A stretch of DNA of 58,913 nt, the filler included. It is 7 parts of 7 records of this genome, joined end to end, with 100 filler letters (N's around TTAATTAATTAA, not from the genome) between each part and the next. Parts side by side here need not be neighbours in the genome. Positions count along the whole stretch, not along the records: positions 6,057 to 11,749 come from DRR723986_15476; positions 11,850 to 19,126 come from DRR723986_15480; positions 19,227 to 28,189 come from DRR723986_15508; 4 more parts are not named here. One strand, given 5' to 3'. The notes beneath the pieces are model-generated. The model saw only the letters and a list, made by a program, of their open reading frames with translations. It did no database searches and was not told where the DNA came from. Numbering within the stretch: position 1 is the first letter of the stretch; every line of letters begins with the position of its first letter. Position numbers and translations under genes: made by a program. Of the stretch, positions 10,657 to 19,404 are shown in pieces.

Positions 10657-11358
10657 GTGGCAACGAGCCGGTCAAACAATAGATTTGAGAAGCCGATCCC
10701 CCTCTTCAGGGCTTGGCGCAAAGCAATGGGTGATGCGCGTTTCAGAATGATGGTTGTAATCACAGCTATCTGTGGCTTCGTCATCGTACCCATTAAGTCA
10801 TCCTTCCTTCGCGTAAACGAACTTCGTGAAGGCGTAATACTACAGGATCCAGTCCTCGAAATTATTGGGCCCGCCGATGTCACCTGGTTCATTTTTGGCC
10901 TCCTCTATTCAGCCATTCTAATTGGTGGGTACGAACTTCTGCGGCGCCCATATCGCTTCCTCATTGGAGCACAGGCCTATTTCCTGATAATGGTAGTTCG
11001 GATCGTCACTCTCTGGCTCGTCCCCCTCGATCCTCCCGCTTCCACAATTCCCCTGGTTGACCCCGTCGTTGACTTTTTTGTGGAAAGCGACACTGTCCTT
11101 ACCCGCGACCTATTCTTTTCCGGTCACACGTATACCTCGTTTTTGGTTTTCCTCATGGTTCTAAAGCCCTGGCGTAAGCTGCTACTTGGCGTTGTCATGT
11201 CGCTCATCGGTATACTTGTTATTGTTCAACACGTACACTATGCCATCGATGTCCTCGCAGCCCTATTTTTTGCATTTGGATGTGTCCATTTTATCCGCCA
11301 AATCAACAGTCGTTTCTGTTCCGAACCAGATGACCAGTTCAATTGCTCCTCCGGCTAA
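10657..11358 (+). CDS. Sphingomyelin-synthase-like / PAP2-related membrane phosphotransferase
   Basis: Multiple TM segments, DLFFSGHT and HYAIDV motifs; start uncertain. Confidence 0.8.
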   Translation: MATSRSNNRFEKPIPLFRAWRKAMGDARFRMMVVITAICGFVIVPIKSSFLRVNELREGVILQDPVLEIIGPADVTWFIFGLLYSAILIGGYELLRRPYRFLIGAQAYFLIMVVRIVTLWLVPLDPPASTIPLVDPVVDFFVESDTVLTRDLFFSGHTYTSFLVFLMVLKPWRKLLLGVVMSLIGILVIVQHVHYAIDVLAALFFAFGCVHFIRQINSRFCSEPDDQFNCSSG

Positions 11359-11749
11359 GTCCCGGCCAAAGTTAATTTTTGGATTTACTCCCGCCTTCAA
11401 GTGCGCATCATGCATATTAACAGCAGGCTATTTTGGATCTCACATCCAAATTTCAGCCTAACAACGCGCAAGCTAGTTTGATCATTGGCCAGATTTCTGC
11501 ACCGTTTAACGCTGATTCCGGGCACTTAAACATTAAACTGGGCACGTTTAGGTATTTCGAGGATTCTACCCGTGCAAATAAGTTGTAAACTTCCCAATAG
11601 TCAATGTGATCACGTGCGCATGGCTGTCTATATCTGCAACTCCTTTTGACTTTTTTCTCTTACTCCGACTCGCTCGGGTAAGGGAGGGTGTGTACCAGGA
11701 GGCTACTTTTTGAAAGGTGGTGGTGGGGAGGACCCCTTGATCACGCAAA

Positions 11750-11849
11750 NNNNNNNNNNNNNNNNNNNNNNNNNNNNNNNNNNNNNNNNNNNNTTAATTA
11801 ATTAANNNNNNNNNNNNNNNNNNNNNNNNNNNNNNNNNNNNNNNNNNNN
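11750..11849. other. Artificial contig linker
   Basis: N44-TTAATTAATTAA-N44. Confidence 0.99.
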
Positions 11850-11910
11850 GATGACCATGGGAAAAATCGATATTGCTGCTATCAAAAATCTCAGTGGAGG
11901 CTAGAACGGG

Positions 11911-12330
11911 CTACAACATTCTATCAAGTGTTTCCAAGCTTTCAGGCCCGCCGGCCAATCGCACACACCGAGCCGATTCTTCTTCCCAGGATGCAGCAGA
12001 CTCTGTGTGAAGATGAACAGATATCTTCGACGTAAGAGTCTCTCCCAACAAACCAGCAGGAATCCAGACCATCCCGCTGTCCCTCAGACTATTAGGAACC
12101 GGACTGCCACAGACCGAGCAAAAATCGCTTCTGAACCCACTGGGCTTCTTGTAACTGCGTATACCACTCTCACCGGAAACCCAACGAAAGGCATGCTCAT
12201 TTACAAAAGTTGCGGCATTCGCCGCCGCTCCAGTGGCTTTTCGGCAGAGCGAACAGTGGCACTGATAGAGGTTTCGGATTTCCTCTGTGATTTCAAACTT
12301 TACATTTCCACAGAGACATTCGCCCTTCAT
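11911..12330 (-). CDS. GFA/CENP-V family Zn-binding protein
   Basis: GECLCG, CHCSLCRK, FCSVCGSP. Confidence 0.93.
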   Translation of the reverse strand: MKGECLCGNVKFEITEEIRNLYQCHCSLCRKATGAAANAATFVNEHAFRWVSGESGIRSYKKPSGFRSDFCSVCGSPVPNSLRDSGMVWIPAGLLGETLTSKISVHLHTESAASWEEESARCVRLAGGPESLETLDRML

Positions 12331-12333
12331 AGA

Positions 12334-12681
12334 TCATTCCTTTCGCCAGCTACCCCGTTCCCGGACTAATACCTTATCCCGGTTACGTATAACTTCAAGC
12401 AATCCATCCTGATGCACGTAGTACGTGGTATTTCCATTCTCAAACTTATACCCGAGAAAACGGCAGGGAGTATCGCCGTCGGCACAGAGTGTGTGCCAGG
12501 AACTCCCTTCCAGCATGATGCTATCTCCTGTTGCCTTGCTTGTACCGTGATAGGTCATTTGGTTGCACGAAACCTCGCCTTCAGCGCAGCGAGATTCTAT
12601 ATTGATGATGAACCTCTCTGTTGCCAGCTCCGCTGCCGAGGCAGAAAACGAAAAAAAAGCGATGACAATGAGCTTTTTCAT
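12334..12681 (-). CDS. Secreted hypothetical protein (cassette-like)
   Basis: Signal peptide MKKLIVIAFFSFSASAA, two Cys pairs; GTTAAGC core site just upstream of the ATG. Confidence 0.8.
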   Translation of the reverse strand: MKKLIVIAFFSFSASAAELATERFIINIESRCAEGEVSCNQMTYHGTSKATGDSIMLEGSSWHTLCADGDTPCRFLGYKFENGNTTYYVHQDGLLEVIRNRDKVLVRERGSWRKE

Positions 12682-12779
12682 ATGCGGCTTAACCCGTTGA
12701 TTACGAGGGGCATCTCCCAGTTCTGAACTCACAGCATAGTCTTCAGTTATTCATAAAATTGCGGTGTTGCTCTTCTTTT

Positions 12780-13448
12780 TTATTCCACTACGACCAGAAG
12801 AGACAAAGGCAGCTCCGTGGATGGGTGACGAGGCTCGGTTAGTTCTATGATGGAGTAACCGCAGTCCCGGAACAACGCTACCCAGGAGCCTAGCGTGCGA
12901 AAGTACCAGGGCATGGATTGCCATCTTCCCGGGAAATCCCGAAAATCCTCATTGCGCCAACCGTCGAGATAGGGGCCGCTCACCAACCAGGGATGCACCG
13001 TCTGCATGACCATTCTTCCCCGAGGAGCAAGCAACGGCCGGAGAGCCCGCAATAACCCGGCCACGTCTTCATGGAGGATCGCGAAGTTCACAGAGACCAC
13101 ATCAAAGTCGTGGCCTATCTTCCGGGCATCGTCCACAAGCTCAGAATAGGTACAGACGTGGAATCGTCCTCCCCCAAGGGACCGGGCCGCTTCAATCAAC
13201 CCGGGTGAGCCATCCACCCCGACGCAGTCAACACCATGACTGGCGAGCGCCCGTACCAGCCAACCTTCTCCGCACCCCAGGTCAAGCACCCGTCTTGGAT
13301 GTTGGGCGAGCACGGCGTTGATCATGGCATGGTCAGTCACCAGGCGGCGACTCTCGATATCGCCGTCGCGGACCGCCGAGGTCCAGAGTTCGGCATTCGT
13401 TATCCAGCTTTGCGCCAACTCGGATGGTTTATTGGAGCTGCTGCTCAT
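12780..13448 (-). CDS. Class I SAM-dependent methyltransferase
   Basis: VLDLGCGEG motif I, GVDGS. Confidence 0.92.
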   Translation of the reverse strand: MSSSSNKPSELAQSWITNAELWTSAVRDGDIESRRLVTDHAMINAVLAQHPRRVLDLGCGEGWLVRALASHGVDCVGVDGSPGLIEAARSLGGGRFHVCTYSELVDDARKIGHDFDVVSVNFAILHEDVAGLLRALRPLLAPRGRMVMQTVHPWLVSGPYLDGWRNEDFRDFPGRWQSMPWYFRTLGSWVALFRDCGYSIIELTEPRHPSTELPLSLLVVVE

Positions 13449-13489
13449 TCAGAATTCCCGCGTGCCACCAAGCATGCCCTGCCCGGCAG

Positions 13490-14374
13490 TTAAATGGGTT
13501 TACTGCCCTTTTCCTCGATCGAGTCAATGGCCTGTTTCAAAAGCTCATTGAACGCCTCAGGCCTTTCCAACATCGGGAAATGGCCAGCGTCCTCAATGTA
13601 CAGAAGCTGGTAATCATCAATGTGTTTTCTATTCTCTTCCACCGCTGTCGGCCACAACCTGGCGTTTATCGAGATGACGGGAACCCTGACATCATCAAAC
13701 GCAGTGGCCGCTTCGCCAGTGACATATCGCCCGAGATAGTTTCGGAAAGCGTTCAAGGCAATGGCCTTTGGCGCAGAAGACATATCTTCTTTCACCCAGG
13801 CAACCAAGGGCTCATCGGCACCTTCAGGAAACATAGGTGCGACAAAATCCTTTGCCGCCGTCGTAAAGTCAGCTTCAAAGGGCTGAGCCATTTCTTCAAC
13901 GACACTTTGGGGAATTCGCTCCGCAACGTTCTGCAAGGTATCAACCCCTATCACACCAACAACTCTGGCCGGCATCAATCTGGCTGCTTCGGCAATCACC
14001 GCACCGCCCATCGAATGCCCTACCAGAATCGCACGTTCAATGCGCTCTTGATCAACAATGGCCTTCACATCGTGAGCGAAAGCCACCATCGAATAATCAG
14101 AGCGGCCAACCGATGAGTGCCCATGGCCCGCCAGATCAACCGTAATCACCTGATAATCGCCGGCAAACGCCGGTATTTGTTGCTGCCAGTAGCGTCCATC
14201 ACAACTCCAGCCGTGGATAAACACCAGAGCCGTTTTTCCACTCCCGACCACGTCATAAGCGATTCGTTCTGAGTCAGAAGACAGGGCGACCTTGTGCCTG
14301 ACAGGTATCTGGTGAGAGGCACAGCCTGTCAGCAGGAGGAAAGACAACACAACCAACACTATCGATCTATGCAT
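13490..14374 (-). CDS. Alpha/beta hydrolase, predicted lipoprotein
   Basis: Lipobox LLTGC, HGWS, GHSMGG nucleophile elbow, AGHF. Confidence 0.92.
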   Translation of the reverse strand: MHRSIVLVVLSFLLLTGCASHQIPVRHKVALSSDSERIAYDVVGSGKTALVFIHGWSCDGRYWQQQIPAFAGDYQVITVDLAGHGHSSVGRSDYSMVAFAHDVKAIVDQERIERAILVGHSMGGAVIAEAARLMPARVVGVIGVDTLQNVAERIPQSVVEEMAQPFEADFTTAAKDFVAPMFPEGADEPLVAWVKEDMSSAPKAIALNAFRNYLGRYVTGEAATAFDDVRVPVISINARLWPTAVEENRKHIDDYQLLYIEDAGHFPMLERPEAFNELLKQAIDSIEEKGSKPI

Positions 14375-14406
14375 AAACAATCCCTTTGGTTCATACAAGG
14401 CTGTTG

Positions 14407-14432
14407 TTAAGCGCCCGACGCGGGCATCCGGT
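14407..14432. repeat. Degenerate copy of the attC-like intergenic repeat
   Basis: TTAAGCGCCCGACGCGGGCATCCGGT resembles 15870-15899 and 19097-19126. Confidence 0.5.
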
Positions 14433-14467
14433 TCACTGGATTGGAAAGCTCAGAAAAGCCAATGGCC

Positions 14468-15064
14468 TCAGGCCATCGGCTTGAAATCTGGCAACGAAGC
14501 CACCCGGTTCAGCCATGCCAGAATCGCCGGATAGTCTGCCAGTTCAAAGCCGCCCTCGTGAGCTACGTGGGTGTAGGCATAAAGCGAGATGTCTGCCGTG
14601 GTCGCATGCTCGCCTGTGAGATAAGGCGTTTTCTGAAGCTGCTGCTCCATCACTCGCAACGCTTTGTGGCCGCCGGCTTGCTTCGACGCATATTCCTCTG
14701 CTCTGTCATCAGGCAGCCCAAGGTATTTATTGATGAAGCGGGCTACCGCGATATAGGGCTCATGGCTGTATTGTTCGAAAAACTGCCACTGCAGAATGCG
14801 CGCTTGAGCCAGCCCACCCTCGGGGTAGAGCGTCGACCCGCCTGCCAGGAAGTTGATAATGGCGTTGGACTCGGAAAGCGTCTCGCCCTCATCGAGCTCC
14901 AGCAGAGGTATTTTGCCATTGGGGTTCTTTCGCAAGAACTCGTCGGACCTGGTGTCGCCAGCCAGAATATCGACCTCAATCCACTCGTGGTCGATGTTCA
15001 GGAGGTTACACACCAGCTGAACTTTGTAGCAGTTGCCGGATTTGGCATCACCGTAAATTTTCAT
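14468..15064 (-). CDS. Glutathione S-transferase family protein
   Basis: SGNCYKV, NPNGKIP, LSESNAI, TADISLYAY. Confidence 0.95.
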   Translation of the reverse strand: MKIYGDAKSGNCYKVQLVCNLLNIDHEWIEVDILAGDTRSDEFLRKNPNGKIPLLELDEGETLSESNAIINFLAGGSTLYPEGGLAQARILQWQFFEQYSHEPYIAVARFINKYLGLPDDRAEEYASKQAGGHKALRVMEQQLQKTPYLTGEHATTADISLYAYTHVAHEGGFELADYPAILAWLNRVASLPDFKPMA

Positions 15065-15078
15065 CTGCTCTCCTTACC

Positions 15079-15140
15079 GTGCCCCACAGGAGCACCCGAT
15101 GTAAGCTCCAATCCGGAACGAACTACAATAACGTGTTAAT
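15079..15140. repeat. Degenerate copy of the attC-like intergenic repeat
   Basis: GTGCCCCACAGGAGCAC hairpin followed by CCG...CCGGAACGAACT...GTGTT. Confidence 0.5.
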
Positions 15141-15317
15141 TGACACGGAGGCAGGCCTCCAGCCTCTCTCTCCAGTGCGGCCTGCAGGCATTGAGATAAG
15201 CGACGTGTCCTGCAATAACTTCGAACTCAGAAAGCTCTTCAGTAACCGGTTTCGTAGTCTTTCAAATGATCCCGTACTCATTGCCATCACTGGTTCCGAA
15301 CACTTGCGTCATAACGA

Positions 15318-15366
15318 GCCCTATCGCCCACCATCACGCACTCGTCGCGTGGATGGCCTTGTTGGC
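15318..15366 (-). mobile_element. Short attC site with a mutated crossover triplet
   Basis: Minus strand GCCAAC-AAGG-CCATC(C)ACGC-loop-GCGTGATGG-TGGGC-GATAGGGC: R''/L''/L'/R' layout with an extrahelical C; GTT replaced by GAT. Confidence 0.65.
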
Positions 15367-15825
15367 ATCCGCTATCTCATGTTGGCTAAACACCTGAATA
15401 CCATGCCGACGCAGCAACGCGGCCGTAACCCCGATGCCAGGAGTCCGATTACCTGAAAAGCTACCATCATAGATGAAAGAGCTGCCGCAAGAAGGACTGG
15501 ACTCAGCCAGTACGGCTATCTCAATGTTGAACTTTTTGCACAGCTCCAAAGCAATGGAGGCACCTGCGATAAAATCATCGGTGACAACATCTCCGCCTTT
15601 TTCAAAAACGTCAGCTTCACCGTCTAACACACTGGTTCCGCTACCTCCGAAGATCTCCGCAGGTTTCCTGGGGATACTCATCCCGGCCTCCACTTCCGGG
15701 CACACGGAAACGATCCGGCCTTCAGATACCCACTTCTCCACAAGTTGATCGTGTACCGAAAGGCTTCCACCATCGTATCTGACCTTTTTCCCTAAAAGGC
15801 ATGCACTCATCAATACTTTTCTCAA
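15334..15825 (-). CDS. DUF523 / TudS-like (2-thiouracil desulfidase family) Fe-S protein
   Basis: SACLLG, VCPEV, SPSCG. Confidence 0.9.
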   Translation of the reverse strand: MRKVLMSACLLGKKVRYDGGSLSVHDQLVEKWVSEGRIVSVCPEVEAGMSIPRKPAEIFGGSGTSVLDGEADVFEKGGDVVTDDFIAGASIALELCKKFNIEIAVLAESSPSCGSSFIYDGSFSGNRTPGIGVTAALLRRHGIQVFSQHEIADANKAIHATSA

Positions 15826-15850
15826 ATTACTAGCCCCTCAGGGTTGCGGT

Positions 15851-15899
15851 TCTAATGCTGAAATAAGCAGGGCCCTGACAAGGGCGTCCGGTGGAGGCT
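15851..15899. repeat. Truncated attC-like repeat
   Basis: 15870-15899 is 26/30 identical to 19097-19126, with a compensatory change in the hairpin. Confidence 0.7.
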
Positions 15900-16271
15900 G
15901 GGGTGTGACATGTGTATCGGGGTAAGTCCAAACCAAGCCGCCGTGGGTCCAGATACCGTGACATTAGGCTGAAACCTAAGGATAAGGTATACCAAAACCT
16001 TCGCCTTACGGGAAACTTACACTTTCCTAATCAAAGTATAATTCCGTTTATTTTCAAATACTTAAAAACTATATACATAAGCTCACCCGAACGATAGCCG
16101 GGCCATTCATTGTCACGTTTTTGTTTGTGTGCCACGTTAAAAACCGAAGGAACGCAGTAATCACAGCAAATTGGCATCACGTTAGTCGATGCCAATCTCC
16201 ATGCACTGAAGTTCTGGCCTTCGGTCCTGCATCCAGGGATCTACTCAGGGGCCAACAATGAGGAGGATGCT

Positions 16272-16463
16272 ATGAATAACGACATTTTGGAAGGCAACTG
16301 GAAACAGCTGAAAGGTAAGGTGCGCGAAAACTGGGGTAAATTAACCGACGATGACGTGGACCAAATCGGCGGTAAAAGAGAGCACTTTATCGGCAAGCTT
16401 CAGGAAAAGTACGGCATGAAGAGAGACGAAGCAGAGAAAGAATGGGACAAGCTCACTAACTAA
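16272..16463 (+). CDS. csbD: CsbD/YjbJ family stress protein
   Basis: MNNDILEGNWKQLKGKVRENWGKLTDDD; GAGGAGG RBS. Confidence 0.93.
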   Translation: MNNDILEGNWKQLKGKVRENWGKLTDDDVDQIGGKREHFIGKLQEKYGMKRDEAEKEWDKLTN

Positions 16464-16786
16464 CCGTCGTTTTTATTCTTGAGCCCGGGCCGATGGTGTG
16501 ACGTATGCCATCGGCCACTCGCTGCTCCCCTTCCCCCTTCCAAACCTAATCTAAGCCCTCGCGGACGTTGAGATTGTGCATTGGCACAACCGGGAATTTC
16601 CAACTCTGGGTGGACCTGATACGGGGTCAGGGTCATTGTGGCAGCGCGCCAAAATACGTCTGAAGCGGTTCTAAAACCCTCCGTGGAAACGGTGTAGAAC
16701 CCACACCCGGATTGAAAGAACCTCGTTTCGCCCCACGTGAAACGACTATCCCCCAAGAACTGATATGCAGCGAAAGGAGGCAAACC

Positions 16787-17041
16787 ATGGTAAATGCGAA
16801 CGAATGGAAATCCGAGCGTGAAGGCTATGATGCGGCATGGGCCAAATACCAGAATGTGGCAGAACGGATTGATGCCAAATATGAAAGCCTGGACAGCGGT
16901 ACCCAGGATCAGACGCCCGCGCAGGAGGATTTATCCGAATTGCAGGAAGCCTGGGAGGAACTTGAAAACGCTCGGCAGCGGCTAGGCGAATATATGGACG
17001 AATTTCACGAGCGGCATATGGCGCAAGGGAAAAGCATGTAA
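16787..17041 (+). CDS. Small acidic helical hypothetical protein
   Basis: AAGGAGG RBS before ATG 16787; 84 aa. Confidence 0.75.
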   Translation: MVNANEWKSEREGYDAAWAKYQNVAERIDAKYESLDSGTQDQTPAQEDLSELQEAWEELENARQRLGEYMDEFHERHMAQGKSM

Positions 17042-17059
17042 CGTCGCGTCAGTAGGCCA

Positions 17060-17089
17060 AAGCCACCCCGGTTTTACCAGGGGTGGCTT
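17060..17089. terminator. Hairpin between convergent genes, probable bidirectional terminator
   Basis: AAGCCACCCC...GGGGTGGCTT. Confidence 0.7.
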
Positions 17090-17104
17090 GTTCTGGCGTG
17101 AGAG

Positions 17105-17560
17105 TTATAAGTCAAGGTGCTCGATAATAGAGTCAGTCTCCTGTCGCACCAGGTCTTTGTCGATAGACTTCACCACCGCCGCCATACAGTCTTTGCTTAA
17201 TTGGTGGCGCAGGACCCCCAGGAACTCCGGGGGCGCAATGAGAACGAGATTATCAAAGTGGCCTTCATGGCGGGCCTTTTCGAGTTGTTCGCTGAGTTGT
17301 GCGGCAAAACGCCGTTCTTCAGGGTCTTCAGAGGGTTCACGGTCATAGCTTTGGTAGCCGCCAACACCACCATGATCGCTTCCCGGCCGGTCAGAATAGC
17401 GTTCCGAGTCTTTTTCGCGGCCCTTTTCATGCTCTTTGGTCACAACCTCATTTAGCACTTTTACAGGCGTGACCGCCTGGAAAAGCCTGGCTCGGGAACT
17501 ATCTGCCACCAATACGTAAAGTGTTTCCTGCGCGAGCGGCTTGTCAGCGTCTTGGTTCAT
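17105..17560 (-). CDS. Host attachment family protein (baeRF/AtsE-like)
   Basis: VLVADSSRARLF, SDRPG, LVLIAPPEFLGVLR, IDKDL. Confidence 0.88.
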   Translation of the reverse strand: MNQDADKPLAQETLYVLVADSSRARLFQAVTPVKVLNEVVTKEHEKGREKDSERYSDRPGSDHGGVGGYQSYDREPSEDPEERRFAAQLSEQLEKARHEGHFDNLVLIAPPEFLGVLRHQLSKDCMAAVVKSIDKDLVRQETDSIIEHLDL

Positions 17561-17817
17561 GGCTTTGCCCTCGTAGTCTGTGTGATTTCACCCTTCAAAG
17601 TAGCAGTCATCCTGATGGCGTCAAAATAGGGCAATTCCGTGATGGTGGCAGGCCACGGTTTACTAGACGCTTGATAGTGTTATGAAGTACTGCCTTTCGA
17701 AGTCCACCGGTGCCAAGGTACAAAAGGCCCTCGTAGCTCTGAGTGTAGGGGTTGTCTTACGTGCCAGTTAACGCCGCCAGTACGCGGCTTTGATCTTGCA
17801 CCACTTTGGTGGACACT

Positions 17818-19040
17818 TTACGCACTGAGCTTTTCATAATCCTCCGGGGATTGGTAGCCTAGGCTTGAGTGCAGCCGCTCGCTGTTATAGAACATCATGT
17901 AGTGAATGATTTCCGAGACGGCCTGCACTTTCGTGTCGAACAGGCGCTTGTGCACCAACTCCGCCTTCAGGGTATGGAAGTACGACTCCATGGCGGCATT
18001 GTCGAGGGGATTGCCCTTTCGACTCATACTGCGAACCATACCCGCCATCTCCAGTAACTCCCGATAGTCGTGCGCGGCGTATTCGATACCCTGGTCCGAG
18101 TGGAAGAGGCAACCCGGTGCCGGTGCCTCGTTCAGCAAAGCCATTCGCAGCGCACTCTTGGTCAGTTTGCTGTTGCGGCGGCTGCTGAATGACCAACCCA
18201 CCACTCTGCGACTGAACAGGTCAATGATCGCGGCATGATACAGCCAGCCGGTGCGCGTTTTCAGGTAGGTGAAGTCACCGGCCCACTGCTGCCCGCAACC
18301 AGTCGGCGCATTACTGCCTTTGAGTTGATTGCCGGCCGAGCTGTAAAACGCATGCTGACCCGGTCGCCAAGCATACAGACCGGTGGTGGACGCTTTGATC
18401 TCCAGGGCTCGCATCAACCGATTCACCCGTCGACGACTGCAACTCAGCCCCTGCTGGCGCAACGCCTGATGTACCCGTGGCGCGCCATAGGCTCGCCGAT
18501 ACCCCTGGTGCAGTTCAACGATGGCACCTTTGAGTGTTTCATCGTATTGCCGGTGCACACTCGTGGGTCGGGCAAGCCAAGCGTAAAAGCCGCTACGCGA
18601 CACACCAAAAAACAGGCAGAGGCGCTTGATACTGAACTGATCCCGGTTCTTCTCGATAAACGCAAAAATCAGTGACGGTTTTTCTCGAAGAACCGGCGCG
18701 CCTTTTTTAGAAGATCAATTTCCTCTTGGCGTGCATTCAGCTGTTTTTCCAGATCCTTGATGCGCTTCTTAGCCTTGGCCAACTCATCTTCGGCAGCGGC
18801 TTCAGAATCCGGTGGAGGATTTACTCTTTTGGGAGAGGGCTTCTGCTTTTTCATGTGTTTGTTTTCAACCAGCGTCCCGTTGCGATGCTCCATACACCAG
18901 CGGTACAGCATCACCGGGTGTATCCCCAGCCCCTCCGCAATATCTTTGGTTTTAACGTTAGGGTGATTAGCCAGTTTAACGGCCCGCAGCTTGAACGCCA
19001 GGGTGTAACGGTCGTAGTTTCTTTTGTAGGTGTGCCCCAT
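17818..19040 (-). CDS. IS3 OrfAB transposase (-1 programmed frameshift)
   Basis: orfA 18669-19040 (HTH); orfB DDE motifs WAGDFTY, FHSDQG, NAAMESYF; the -1 frame is open from the slippery site into orfB. Confidence 0.93.
18702..18708 (-). other. A_AAA_AAG slippery heptamer
   Basis: CTA AAA AAG GCG at the end of orfA. Confidence 0.88.
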
Positions 19041-19096
19041 GACAGGCCCCCTCTAGTGTCCGGTAAATGACCGTCCACTAAAGTGGTGCAAGATCA

Positions 19097-19126
19097 GCGC
19101 CCCGACAGGGGCGTCCGGTGGAGGCC
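19097..19126. repeat. attC-like repeat directly abutting the IS3 end, cut by the contig end
   Basis: GCGCCCCGACAGGGGCGTCCGGTGGAGGCC. Confidence 0.7.
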
Positions 19127-19226
19127 NNNNNNNNNNNNNNNNNNNNNNNNNNNNNNNNNNNNNNNNNNNNTTAATTAATTAANNNNNNNNNNNNNNNNNN
19201 NNNNNNNNNNNNNNNNNNNNNNNNNN
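19127..19226. other. Artificial contig linker
   Basis: N44-TTAATTAATTAA-N44. Confidence 0.99.
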
Positions 19227-19253
19227 GCGCTCTCCCAACTGAGCTATGGCCCC
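19227..19253 (-). tRNA. tRNA-Ala, 5' fragment (truncated by contig end; anticodon not visible)
   Basis: Minus strand GGGGCCATAGCTCAGTTGGGAGAGCGC. Confidence 0.88.
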
Positions 19254-19404
19254 ATGTTCCATATGAGAGCCGGTTTGGGTGCCGGCGTCGATGGAGGCGG
19301 GTTATAGTCACACCTCCACACAAGATCAAGCAGAAAATATCAGGATCTTTTCTGCCGCTTGTGGAAAAGCCCGGACAGACTGAAAAGCCTGTCCGGACAA
19401 TAGC

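Larger units (their letters stand above)
17791..19096 (-). mobile_element. IS3-family insertion sequence, 1306 bp
   Basis: TIRs TGATCTTGCACCACTTTGGTGGAC / TGATCTTGCACCACTTTAGTGGAC (23/24); orfA and orfB inside. Confidence 0.96.

Noticed and set aside
16170-16196. Inverted repeat ATTGGCATC/GATGCCAAT upstream of csbD
   Set aside because: Single 9-bp dyad with no second copy or recognisable regulator; not enough support.
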